From: a virus
Lineage: Duplodnaviria; Caudoviricetes
Strand: one strand, 5' to 3'
IMG/VR virus record: IMGVR_UViG_3300028805_000057
Span: 32,001 to 96,000 of that record
DNA: 64,000 nucleotides
This document shows positions 35,368-44,208 of this stretch, piece after piece. Within the stretch, counting starts at the first letter, position 1, and every line of letters begins with the position of its first letter. The notes beneath the pieces were generated by a model, which had not been told where the DNA came from, ran no database searches, and saw only the letters and a program-made list of their open reading frames with translations. A program made the position numbers and the translations under genes.

Positions 35368-35427
35368 GAAAAATAAATAAAAATAATTTTTAAAGTTTTT
35401 TACACAAAATAAAAAGGAGGAATAATT

Positions 35428-35607
35428 ATGGAAAATACAATTAAATCAAGTTATTCAATAAGGTTAATAGATGGAAGTGATTCTGTCAATGACTTTGAAA
35501 CATATGACGATGCAGTTAAATATGCAAAAGATAAATATCCTAACTCATCATACAAAATTGTTAAAATAACAGAAGAAACATTGGTTACCGTACTTCTAAG
35601 GAGATAA
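35428..35607 (+). CDS. Hypothetical protein (59 aa)
   Basis: SD AAGGAGG. Confidence 0.55.
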   Translation: MENTIKSSYSIRLIDGSDSVNDFETYDDAVKYAKDKYPNSSYKIVKITEETLVTVLLRR

Positions 35608-35608
35608 T

Positions 35609-36862
35609 ATGGTTAAACTAAGGGAACACCAGAAGAAAGCACTTACCCAAATGAAGAATGGTTGTATTCTTTGTGGTGGTGTAGGTTCTGGTAAAAGTAT
35701 TACAAGTGTTGCTTATTATTTTTTAAAAGCTGGTGGCTCTATTGAACCATTCAGATTTCCTAAACAAATGAAAGATCTCTATATTATTACGACAGCAAGA
35801 AAAAGAGATACATTTGAATGGGACGACGACATATTACATTTTGGTTTAGCAAGAAATGGTCAAAATTTTGGTGGTAAAGTTGTAATTGATTCTTGGAATA
35901 ACTTACACAAATATGTCGAACATAAAGAAGGTAGAGGTTGGAAACCATTAGTAAAAGATGCTTACTTTATTTTTGATGAGCAAAGAGTAATCGGTACAGG
36001 AACTTGGGTTAAATCATTTTTGTGTTTAACAAAAGTAAATGAATGGATATTATTAAGTGCAACACCTGGCGACACTTGGCTAGATTACATTCCAGTATTT
36101 ATTGCTAATGGTTTCTACACAAATTTTACAGATTTCAGATTACAACATGTTATATACTCTCCTTTTGTTAAATTTAGAAAAGTTGAGAGATATGTAAATG
36201 TACCAAAACTAGAAAGATTACGAGCAAGCATATTAGTAGATATGCCTTTTGATAGAAAAACAGTTCAACATCATGAAGACATATATGTAACTTATGATAG
36301 TGCATTATATGACAAAATAATGAACACTAGATTTGACTTTGAAAAAGGTGAACCATTTAAGAATGCTGCTGAATTATGTTCTGCTTTAAGAAAAGTATGT
36401 AATATGTCACCTGAGAAATTCGACATATTACTACAGATAATAAAAGATAGGCGAAAAGTTATACTCTTTTATAATTTTAACTACGAGCTTGAAGCTTTAG
36501 TAGATCTACTTACAAAAATGGAAATACCGTTCTCGCAATGGAATGGACATAAACATGAAGAAATACCACAAACAGATAACTGGGTTTATATAGTTCAGTA
36601 CAGTGCAGGTAATGAAGGTTGGAATTGTATACTAACAGATACGATTGTATTCTTTAGTCAAAACTATTCATATAAAGTTATGACACAAGCAGCTGGACGA
36701 ATTGATAGATTAACAACACCATTTACAGATTTATGGTATTATCATTTTAAAACTAAATCGGGTATAGATAGAGGAATTGCAAGAGCTATTAAACAAAAGA
36801 AGAAATTTAATGAAGAAAAATATTATGGATACTTATTTCCAAAGAATAGAGATGAACGTTAA
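35609..36862 (+). CDS. Superfamily-2 (SNF2-like) DNA helicase
   Basis: Q motif LREHQ, GGVGSGKS, FIFDEQR, LLSATPG, QAAGRIDR. Confidence 0.9.
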   Translation: MVKLREHQKKALTQMKNGCILCGGVGSGKSITSVAYYFLKAGGSIEPFRFPKQMKDLYIITTARKRDTFEWDDDILHFGLARNGQNFGGKVVIDSWNNLHKYVEHKEGRGWKPLVKDAYFIFDEQRVIGTGTWVKSFLCLTKVNEWILLSATPGDTWLDYIPVFIANGFYTNFTDFRLQHVIYSPFVKFRKVERYVNVPKLERLRASILVDMPFDRKTVQHHEDIYVTYDSALYDKIMNTRFDFEKGEPFKNAAELCSALRKVCNMSPEKFDILLQIIKDRRKVILFYNFNYELEALVDLLTKMEIPFSQWNGHKHEEIPQTDNWVYIVQYSAGNEGWNCILTDTIVFFSQNYSYKVMTQAAGRIDRLTTPFTDLWYYHFKTKSGIDRGIARAIKQKKKFNEEKYYGYLFPKNRDER

Positions 36863-37056
36863 TGAATTATGAAAAATGTGAATCATGTAAGAATTACGAT
36901 CCAATAGATAACAAGTGTTATATTAGTGATGGATTAATTATTAAACAACATTCATTACAAGAGAATTGCAATAATTATAATCCATCAACTTCTAGGATTC
37001 GCTCTCGTCAAACAAGTAGACTTTACCTTATTAATCAAAGTGTTAAAAATCCCTAA
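36862..37056 (+). CDS. Small Cys-rich protein
   Basis: CESCK...C...C; TAATG overlap. Confidence 0.5.
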   Translation: MNYEKCESCKNYDPIDNKCYISDGLIIKQHSLQENCNNYNPSTSRIRSRQTSRLYLINQSVKNP

Positions 37057-37068
37057 CACTTCGAGATT

Positions 37069-37094
37069 CGCGAAAAAATTCGCTTCTATTGTAG
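37069..37094 (+). promoter_or_regulatory. Phage promoter motif CGCGAAAA-N10-TATTGT
   Basis: Motif family member upstream of the nuclease/RNAP operon. Confidence 0.65.
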
Positions 37095-37188
37095 AGAGGG
37101 GTAGAATCAAGCCCCAGGTCATGTTAAGGAGATAAATGAGGTCTTCTTAGCATTCTGGGTGTTCTTGGTTAGTCCTTTAAATTTTTTT
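37095..37188 (+). ncRNA. Structured leader / small RNA hairpin
   Basis: ATGTTAAGGAGAT/GTCTTCTTAGCAT and outer helices with G.U pairs, followed by T-run. Confidence 0.5.
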
Positions 37189-37272
37189 GAGAATATAAGC
37201 AGACGATTTTATATTCTCTAATTCTTTTTTGTAAATATCAACATAGCAACAAAATTAAAAGGAGACGACTGC

Positions 37273-37575
37273 ATGAAACATTACAAAAAAGAAAGTGATT
37301 TCCAAGCTGATGTAATTAAAATGGTTGAAGAAAGGTTCCCTGGTTGTTATTGTGTTAAACAAGATACCAGACAAGGAACACCTGATTTGTTAATCTTACA
37401 TCAAAAGCATTGGGCGATGCTTGAGAATAAGATTGATGAGAATGCAGATCACCAACCAAATCAAGATTGGTATGTAAATCACTTTAATGAAATGTCCTTC
37501 TCAGCATTTGTCTATCCGGAAAATGTAGAGGAGGTACTAAATGAAATGGAACGATCATTTCAAGCTGCCGAGTGA
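37273..37575 (+). CDS. VRR-NUC-type PD-(D/E)XK nuclease
   Basis: ESDFQ, QGTPDLLIL, WAMLENK, QPNQ. Confidence 0.8.
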   Translation: MKHYKKESDFQADVIKMVEERFPGCYCVKQDTRQGTPDLLILHQKHWAMLENKIDENADHQPNQDWYVNHFNEMSFSAFVYPENVEEVLNEMERSFQAAE

Positions 37576-38101
37576 TCATGCTTTTCTTGGAGCAAGCACA
37601 CATGCATGGTTAAATGATGATCCTGCAAAACTTAAGAATCGATATTTAAGATGGCTTGCAAAAGAAAGAGGAACACGATTACATGATTTAGCAGCTCGAT
37701 TAATCAAAGAAGGTATTGAACTTCCACAAACAACTAAAACTTTTGATCAATATGTAAATGATGCAATTGGTTTTAGAATGAGGCCTGAACAAAAATTATA
37801 TTATAGTGATAATTGTTTTGGTACTGCGGATGCAATAGCCTTTGATGAAAAAATAAAGTTTCTACGAATTCATGATTTAAAGACTGGTGAGATTCCTGCA
37901 AAGATGGAACAGTTATATATTTATGCTGCTTTATTTTGTTTGGAATATCATCAGAAGCCTGGAGATCTTGGATTCGAATTACGAATCTATCAGAATAATG
38001 GAATTGATATTGCTAATCCTAATGCGGAGATTATATTACCGATTATGGATAAGATTATATCATTCGATAAATTAATTAACAACATTAAAGGAGAATTGTA
38101 A
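37541..38101 (+). CDS. DUF2800/Cas4-like PD-(D/E)XK exonuclease
   Basis: HAFLGAS, GTRLH, EQKL, FGTADAI, IHDLKTG, QLYIYA. Confidence 0.8.
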   Translation: MKWNDHFKLPSDHAFLGASTHAWLNDDPAKLKNRYLRWLAKERGTRLHDLAARLIKEGIELPQTTKTFDQYVNDAIGFRMRPEQKLYYSDNCFGTADAIAFDEKIKFLRIHDLKTGEIPAKMEQLYIYAALFCLEYHQKPGDLGFELRIYQNNGIDIANPNAEIILPIMDKIISFDKLINNIKGEL

Positions 38102-41025
38102 TGGATACTAGCGGCATGTCATTTGATGACAAAATCAAAGCTTATATTCGACTCCATGAGACAGAGTCTTCATTACAACATTATGGAACCCCGAGACATT
38201 CTGGTAGATATCCATGGGGTTCTGGTGAAAATCCTTATCAAAGAAATGAGGACTTTCATAGGGTTTACAATGATTTAAAATCTCAGGGATATTCTGATAA
38301 AGAGATGGCTGAGATGTTTGGTTGTTCTATTAATGAACTTAAAGCAAGACGTTCAATGTCTTCACAGCAAGAAAAAGAAAGACAGAGAGTTCGTGTTGTT
38401 AGACTTCATGACCAAAAAGGAATGGGTTGGACAGCTATTGCACAAGAGATGGGATTAAAGAATGAATCTACAGCTCGTTCAATTTACAAGAATGCAAAAG
38501 CTCCTAAGAAACAACTCAATCAGCAAGTTGCAGATAGACTTGAAAAGATTCTTAAGGAAAAAGGCGGATATTTGGATATTTCAACAGGAACAGAACTTGG
38601 ATATCCTTGGTCTGAAGATGCTCCTAAGACTGGTATTAGTTCAAGTCAGATGAGAACAGCATCTATTATGTTAAGAGAAAAAGGATATTCTGTACAGGTA
38701 ATTAACTTACCTCAGGTTACAAATCCAGGTCAGTATACAAATACAACTGTACTTGCTCCTGCTGGAACAACCAAAAAGGATATTTTCAATAATCTTGATA
38801 AACTTCATTCAGTTGAAGATTATACACCAGATGCTGGTAAGACTTGGTGGGTTCCTGAATGGCCTGCTTCAATTGATAGAAAGAGAGTTTATGTAAGATG
38901 GCCTGATGAAGGTGGAGCCGAGAGAGATGGTATGGTTGAAATAAGACCTGGTGTTAAAGACCTTTCTCTTGGAAACTCTACTTATGCACAAGTTAGAATT
39001 GCAGTACATGGATGCGATGTTGCTGGAAAGACAGATGATTACGGAAATCCTGAACCTTCAGATCGTTATATTAAAGGAATGGCTGTATATTCTGATGAGA
39101 TACCCGATGGCTATGATATTGTTGTAAACTGTTCTAAAGCAAGATCAAAAGGTGATGCTAAAGCATTTAAACCAATAAAAGATACAACAGATGTAAATGC
39201 TGTCTTTGGTGCAAGAATTATGACTAACGGACAGGATCATTATATTGGTGATGATGGAAAAGATCATCTTGGTTTAATAAATAAGGTTAATGCAGAAGGA
39301 ACTTGGCAGGATTGGTCTAAAACTTTACCTTCACAGTTCTTAAGCAAACAGCCTAAAGAGCTTATTAAGAAACAGCTTAACTTAACATATGCTGATGCAC
39401 TTGATGAGTTCAATGAAATTAAGAATTATACAAATGATGTTGTTAGACAGAAAGCTCTTGAAGAGTTTGCAAGTCAGTGTGATAGTGCTGCAGTAGATTT
39501 AAAAGCAGCTGCATTACCTAGACAGCAGTCACATGTTATAATTCCAATTAACACATTAAAAGACAATGAAGTATTTGCACCTGGATATGATGATGGTGAG
39601 GAAGTTATATTAATCAGATATCCTCATGAAGGAACATTCCAGATACCTAGACTTATTGTAAATAATAAAAATAAAGAAGGTATTAAATTTATTGGCAAGC
39701 TTGCACCTGATGCAATTGGTATTAATCATAATGTTGCAGACATAATGTCAGGAGCAGACTTTGATGGAGATACTGTTACAGTAATACCTACAAGTAAGAT
39801 TGTCAATATTAAGAATAAACCACCTCTTGAAGGACTTAAAGGCTTTGATGCAAAAGCTGAGTATCCTTACAGACCTGGTATGAAACACTTGGATAAGAAG
39901 CAGACACAGACAGAAATGGGTGTCATCTCAAACCTTATTACTGATATGACAATCAAAGGTGCTACTGATGAAGAACTTACTCGTGCAGTAAAGTATGCAA
40001 ACACAGTTATTGATGCAGATAAACATAATCTTGATTACAAGAGAAGTTATGCAGAGAATGATATTGAAAGTTTAAAAAAGAAATACCAGCAGAAAGCTGA
40101 TTGGAATGGTAAAGGTAAATCATATGGTGGTGCTGGAACTTTACTTTCAAGAGCTAGTTCAGAGCAACATATTTTAGAACAGCAGTTAGCACAAGTAGAT
40201 GAGAAAACTGGAAACTTAAAGAAAGCTTGGAGACCTGATTCTTCTGGAGAATTAATGTATATGCCTACTGGAAGAACAAGAATGGTTCCTGAGAGAAACA
40301 AAGATGGTTCTATAAAACTTGACGAAAATGGCAAGAAAATATACAAGGAAGAACTTGTAAGACAGAAAGTTTCTAAAATGTCACAGGTTGAAGATGCAAG
40401 AGAGCTTATGTCTAATCCCGAGAAAGGTTACATTCAGGAAGAGTTGTATGCTGAGTATGCTAACAACATGAAACACCTTGCTATTCAGGCTCGTAAAGAA
40501 GCTTTCTCTATTAAACCCGAGAAGTGTAACCCTGAAGCAGCTGCAGCATATAAAGATGAAGTTGAATCACTTAATCGTAAACTTGAAAATGCACAGCGTA
40601 ACGCACCTAAGGAAAGACAAGCTCAGGTTCTTGCTAATGTATCTATGAAGGAGCTTAAGGAAGCTAATCCTGGCATGGACAATGAGAAGAAGAAGAAGCT
40701 TGCTCAGCTTGTAATGACTCAGGCTAGAGCTTCTGTTGGTGCTAACAAGAAGGATGTACAGGTAGAAATCACTCCTCGTGAATGGGAAGCCATACAGAAG
40801 AATGCTATCAGCCCTAGTAAGCTGCGCGAGATACTCAAGAATACTGATACCGATAAGGTTAAGAAGCTTGCATCTCCTAAGGTTCCTGCTAATACATTAC
40901 CCAAGACTAAGATTAATCGTATCAAGGCTATGGCTAATAGTGGTTACACCTTAGAGGAAATAGCAAAGGCACTTGATATTTCAAAGAGCAGTGTTTCGAA
41001 GTACATCAAAGGGAAGGAGGATTGA
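38101..41025 (+). CDS. Single-subunit two-barrel (YonO/QDE-1-like) RNA polymerase with HTH domains
   Basis: Ordered motifs DGMVEI, QVR, YIKGM, RYP, SGADFDGD (39748-39771), MGVISNL, VIDADK; N- and C-terminal HTHs. Confidence 0.8.
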   Translation: MDTSGMSFDDKIKAYIRLHETESSLQHYGTPRHSGRYPWGSGENPYQRNEDFHRVYNDLKSQGYSDKEMAEMFGCSINELKARRSMSSQQEKERQRVRVVRLHDQKGMGWTAIAQEMGLKNESTARSIYKNAKAPKKQLNQQVADRLEKILKEKGGYLDISTGTELGYPWSEDAPKTGISSSQMRTASIMLREKGYSVQVINLPQVTNPGQYTNTTVLAPAGTTKKDIFNNLDKLHSVEDYTPDAGKTWWVPEWPASIDRKRVYVRWPDEGGAERDGMVEIRPGVKDLSLGNSTYAQVRIAVHGCDVAGKTDDYGNPEPSDRYIKGMAVYSDEIPDGYDIVVNCSKARSKGDAKAFKPIKDTTDVNAVFGARIMTNGQDHYIGDDGKDHLGLINKVNAEGTWQDWSKTLPSQFLSKQPKELIKKQLNLTYADALDEFNEIKNYTNDVVRQKALEEFASQCDSAAVDLKAAALPRQQSHVIIPINTLKDNEVFAPGYDDGEEVILIRYPHEGTFQIPRLIVNNKNKEGIKFIGKLAPDAIGINHNVADIMSGADFDGDTVTVIPTSKIVNIKNKPPLEGLKGFDAKAEYPYRPGMKHLDKKQTQTEMGVISNLITDMTIKGATDEELTRAVKYANTVIDADKHNLDYKRSYAENDIESLKKKYQQKADWNGKGKSYGGAGTLLSRASSEQHILEQQLAQVDEKTGNLKKAWRPDSSGELMYMPTGRTRMVPERNKDGSIKLDENGKKIYKEELVRQKVSKMSQVEDARELMSNPEKGYIQEELYAEYANNMKHLAIQARKEAFSIKPEKCNPEAAAAYKDEVESLNRKLENAQRNAPKERQAQVLANVSMKELKEANPGMDNEKKKKLAQLVMTQARASVGANKKDVQVEITPREWEAIQKNAISPSKLREILKNTDTDKVKKLASPKVPANTLPKTKINRIKAMANSGYTLEEIAKALDISKSSVSKYIKGKED

Positions 41026-41357
41026 GAGCTATGAGAGAAGTAATGTTAACAACAGTCGACAATCCGTTTAATCCATTTGATAATTTTGAAGAGTGGTTCA
41101 AAATTGATATGCAGTTTGGATACAATACTTGTGCTTTGGTAGCTCGTATTGCTCCATCTGCTACTGATGCATTGCCTGATAAGTTTGCTAACGCAATGCA
41201 AGAGGAATGTATCGACCGTTGGTGTCGTATGTTCCCACTCACTTACAAGAAAGTTGTTAGGGAGATACCTGACCCTGACTACAAAGCCATGTTAGAAGAG
41301 GACGAAGACTATAGCGATTACTATAGCGATGACGATAGCGAGACATCAGAAGATTAA
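41022..41357 (+). CDS. Conserved phage protein
   Basis: MLTTVDNPFNPFDNFEEW..D...GYNT..L.AR. Confidence 0.7.
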   Translation: MRAMREVMLTTVDNPFNPFDNFEEWFKIDMQFGYNTCALVARIAPSATDALPDKFANAMQEECIDRWCRMFPLTYKKVVREIPDPDYKAMLEEDEDYSDYYSDDDSETSED

Positions 41358-41423
41358 TAGCTATCTTTTTCTACTATGAATATCAAAATCATTTATTCAA
41401 AAGTAGAATGAAGCTAGCAATAC

Positions 41424-41525
41424 CACCCCGGGGGGTGCGAGGGGCTGCATGGGACTGTTCGTTCGAGCGCCACTTCGAAAATTCTCCGGGGGGATCTGCT
41501 GATATTTGAGTTTATACCCGGGGCT
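41424..41525. other. Putative genome end / packaging (cos-like) region
   Basis: GC-rich CCCCGGGG-type palindromes between the RNAP operon and the TerS/HNH genes. Confidence 0.45.
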
Positions 41526-41529
41526 TTCC

Positions 41530-41741
41530 CAGTGAGGTTGATTCACTCTAAAGCTCCATTGTCTCGCTAGGTTCGTCTCCTTATCCTTTAAGTGATAAAA
41601 GGTTGGTAATACAAAGGCTTTACAAGATCGCTAACTAAAAACGCCAACCCATAAGTCACAGCGGTATTAGCTTAGTCTTACGCCCAATAAACTACGGCTA
41701 AAGTGTGTCAGTGGAGCTTTAAAGTGTAGTTAACCTCACTG
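41530..41741 (+). ncRNA. Long hairpin RNA C (~32-bp terminal stem, ~147-nt interior)
   Basis: CAGTGAGGTTGATTCACTCTAAAGCTCCATTG pairs with CAGTGGAGCTTTAAAGTGTAGTTAACCTCACTG; 3 G.U pairs on the + strand. Confidence 0.55.
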
Positions 41742-41771
41742 TAAAGCAAATAGAGAAGGAAGGAAAAGTGT

Positions 41772-42140
41772 ATGAAAGAAGCCAAGAGAGTGATACCAAA
41801 CACTCCGGTATTCCCGCCAGCGTCTTCTGATGAGGAACGGACAATGCAGATGGGCTCTCTTGCAATGGACTTAGCAGAAATGAGAATGCGTGAAGGTATT
41901 GCTTCCTCTGCTGAAATATTATACTTTATTAAAGCAGCCTCACCTGAAGCAAGACTTGAACGAACTAAGTTAGAAGAAGAAACAAAATTAATTCAAGCAA
42001 GAGTAACAGATATAGAACGTTCAAAGAATACTGAAGAACTCTATAGTAAAGCAATTGCTGCATTTCAAGAGTATCAAGGAATTGAGATTGAAGAAGAAGG
42101 TGATGAAGATGGTTACGGACCGTATCAGAACCTATACTGA
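41772..42140 (+). CDS. Probable terminase small subunit
   Basis: First gene of the packaging module; PPA...E.R..Q...LA.DLAE...EG.ASS, ELY..AI.AF..Y.G. Confidence 0.5.
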   Translation: MKEAKRVIPNTPVFPPASSDEERTMQMGSLAMDLAEMRMREGIASSAEILYFIKAASPEARLERTKLEEETKLIQARVTDIERSKNTEELYSKAIAAFQEYQGIEIEEEGDEDGYGPYQNLY

Positions 42141-42603
42141 GTTAATCCAATTTCTAACTTTTGAAGAACGATTTGAATATTTGAATCTTGGCGGAATAAT
42201 TGGAGTCGAAACATTTGGTGCATTAAGTAGTCGTTGGATGAATCAAAATTTTTACAGATCAAATGAATGGAAACAATTAAAGAATCAGATACTTATACGA
42301 GATAACGCTTGTGATATGGCATTGCAAAATTATCCAATCGGTAACACAAGAATTTACATACATCATATGAATCCTATTACCGAAGATGATATTGTTGAGA
42401 GAACACCTTTTCTCTTAGATCCAGAGTATCTTATATGTGTTTCATTTGAAACTCACAATGCGATTCACTTCGGTGACATAAATGTTTCAAGATTAGCAAA
42501 AGATCCAGTATTAAGACAACCAAATGATCAATGCCCTTGGAAGTCAGATTATCAAGTAGCACCACATGTTACTGCAAGAGGATTTGATCGAAGAAGTAAA
42601 TAA
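42109..42603 (+). CDS. HNH endonuclease (packaging associated)
   Basis: FYRS.EW, IRDNACD, YIHHMNP, LICVS..THNAIH. Confidence 0.8.
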   Translation: MVTDRIRTYTELIQFLTFEERFEYLNLGGIIGVETFGALSSRWMNQNFYRSNEWKQLKNQILIRDNACDMALQNYPIGNTRIYIHHMNPITEDDIVERTPFLLDPEYLICVSFETHNAIHFGDINVSRLAKDPVLRQPNDQCPWKSDYQVAPHVTARGFDRRSK

Positions 42604-42620
42604 GAAAGGAGAATACCATA

Positions 42621-43976
42621 ATGCCAATGCGTAATAATGAAATGTTATACAATGTATTTGCATACCATAAAAATCATATACAACATTATGGTACTCTTGG
42701 ACAAAAGTGGGGTGTTCGTCATTGGCAAAACTCAGATGGTACTTTTAATGCTGAAGGTAAACTGAGATATTTTGGAACACCTAAGAATAGAAATACAAAT
42801 GGAACTGTTTTTATTAGCGGTTCTTCTAAAACACAATTTGACAATAGTCCATATTATCGAGAAAAATTACCCGATCAGATACAAGAACAAATAAGGAAGT
42901 ATATGAATCAAGGTAAGACAATTCTTGTTGGAGATGCACCTGGTATTGATAGACAAGTACAAGATTTCCTTAAAGAAAATAACTATAAAGATGTAGAAGT
43001 TTATAGTCCAGGAAAAGAAGTAAGGTATAATGCTAATCCTGAATGGAAAACTAATCTTATCGATGTTCCCGAAGCACCACAAGGTTCTAGTGAATGGCTT
43101 GCCGGTAAAGATAAAGCTATGTCTGATCGAGCAGATGAAGGCTTAGCAATTGTCTTAGATGATGGTTCACAAGCCACAAGAAATAATATTTCAAGATTGA
43201 ATGAACAAGATAAAAATTGTGATGTATTTCAATTAAATAAAGATGGTAAAGATGGATGGACTAAATATGGTGACTTTGATGAAAATACATTGAAGAAACT
43301 TAAGAGTGAAGGTTATGCAAGAGATTCATATGAAAACGAAAGTGAAACAGATAATGGTTACTTAGATAATGTAGCTAATTGTATGCAAGAAGACTTCTCA
43401 TATGATGACTCAGATCATAAACTTCAATCTCCATCTCAAACATTTAAATACAAAACTGGTAATTGTCATGATCAGACTTTGTTTGAAAAAGAATTATTTG
43501 AACAAGCTGGATTAGAACCCAAAGCGATCTTTTTAATGGAAGTTGATCCTAATACTGGACAAGGCGGTGTTACACATAGTTTTGTGTTCTTTGAAGATCC
43601 TGACACCAAACATATTACAAAATTTGAAAATGCTTGGCGAGATAAAGCTGGAGTTGAAACATTTTCATCAATTAATCAAATGAAAGATTATATGGAATGG
43701 GAACATAAGAATAAAAACAACTTTGGCAATTCAGAAGTTTATCCTAAAATAGTTTGGGGTAACTTTGAAGGTCAGCCAGGTGACGATTTACAAGACATTG
43801 TTACTAAGAGCCTTTCTTCAAAGATTGGAGCAGATTCTTTTATTAAGGATTTAGGTTTGGGAAAGAAAGTTCTTAGTGCATTAGTCAAAACAAAAGACAA
43901 AGCCAAAGAAACAGCAAAGGAGATTTATAGTAATGGGAAGACGAAATTATTATCAAAATATGGAAGAAACAACTGA
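42621..43976 (+). CDS. HYG-tagged putative internal virion protein with SLOG-like and transglutaminase-like domains
   Basis: IQHYGTLGQKWGVR; VFISGSS...ILVGDAPGID...KDKAM; GNCHDQ...THSF...FENAW. Confidence 0.65.
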   Translation: MPMRNNEMLYNVFAYHKNHIQHYGTLGQKWGVRHWQNSDGTFNAEGKLRYFGTPKNRNTNGTVFISGSSKTQFDNSPYYREKLPDQIQEQIRKYMNQGKTILVGDAPGIDRQVQDFLKENNYKDVEVYSPGKEVRYNANPEWKTNLIDVPEAPQGSSEWLAGKDKAMSDRADEGLAIVLDDGSQATRNNISRLNEQDKNCDVFQLNKDGKDGWTKYGDFDENTLKKLKSEGYARDSYENESETDNGYLDNVANCMQEDFSYDDSDHKLQSPSQTFKYKTGNCHDQTLFEKELFEQAGLEPKAIFLMEVDPNTGQGGVTHSFVFFEDPDTKHITKFENAWRDKAGVETFSSINQMKDYMEWEHKNKNNFGNSEVYPKIVWGNFEGQPGDDLQDIVTKSLSSKIGADSFIKDLGLGKKVLSALVKTKDKAKETAKEIYSNGKTKLLSKYGRNN

Positions 43977-44196
43977 AGAAGTAGTCAATGAGACACCTGT
44001 TGTTGAAGAGGCTCCTGCAGTTGAGACTGTTGTAAATGAAGAACCTGCAAAAGTAGAAGAGAAGAAAGAAGAGCCTGTAGTTCAGAAAGCAGTAGTTGAA
44101 GAGAAGAAAGTTGAAACTCCTGCACCTGCACCCGTACCTGCTCCTATAAAGAAAGGTGTTAAAGAGGTTAAAGCAAAGGGAACTGCAACTCTATAA
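43933..44196 (+). CDS. Small Glu/Pro-rich protein
   Basis: SD AAGGAG; low complexity. Confidence 0.55.
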   Translation: MGRRNYYQNMEETTEEVVNETPVVEEAPAVETVVNEEPAKVEEKKEEPVVQKAVVEEKKVETPAPAPVPAPIKKGVKEVKAKGTATL

Positions 44197-44208
44197 AGGA
44201 GACTTATT

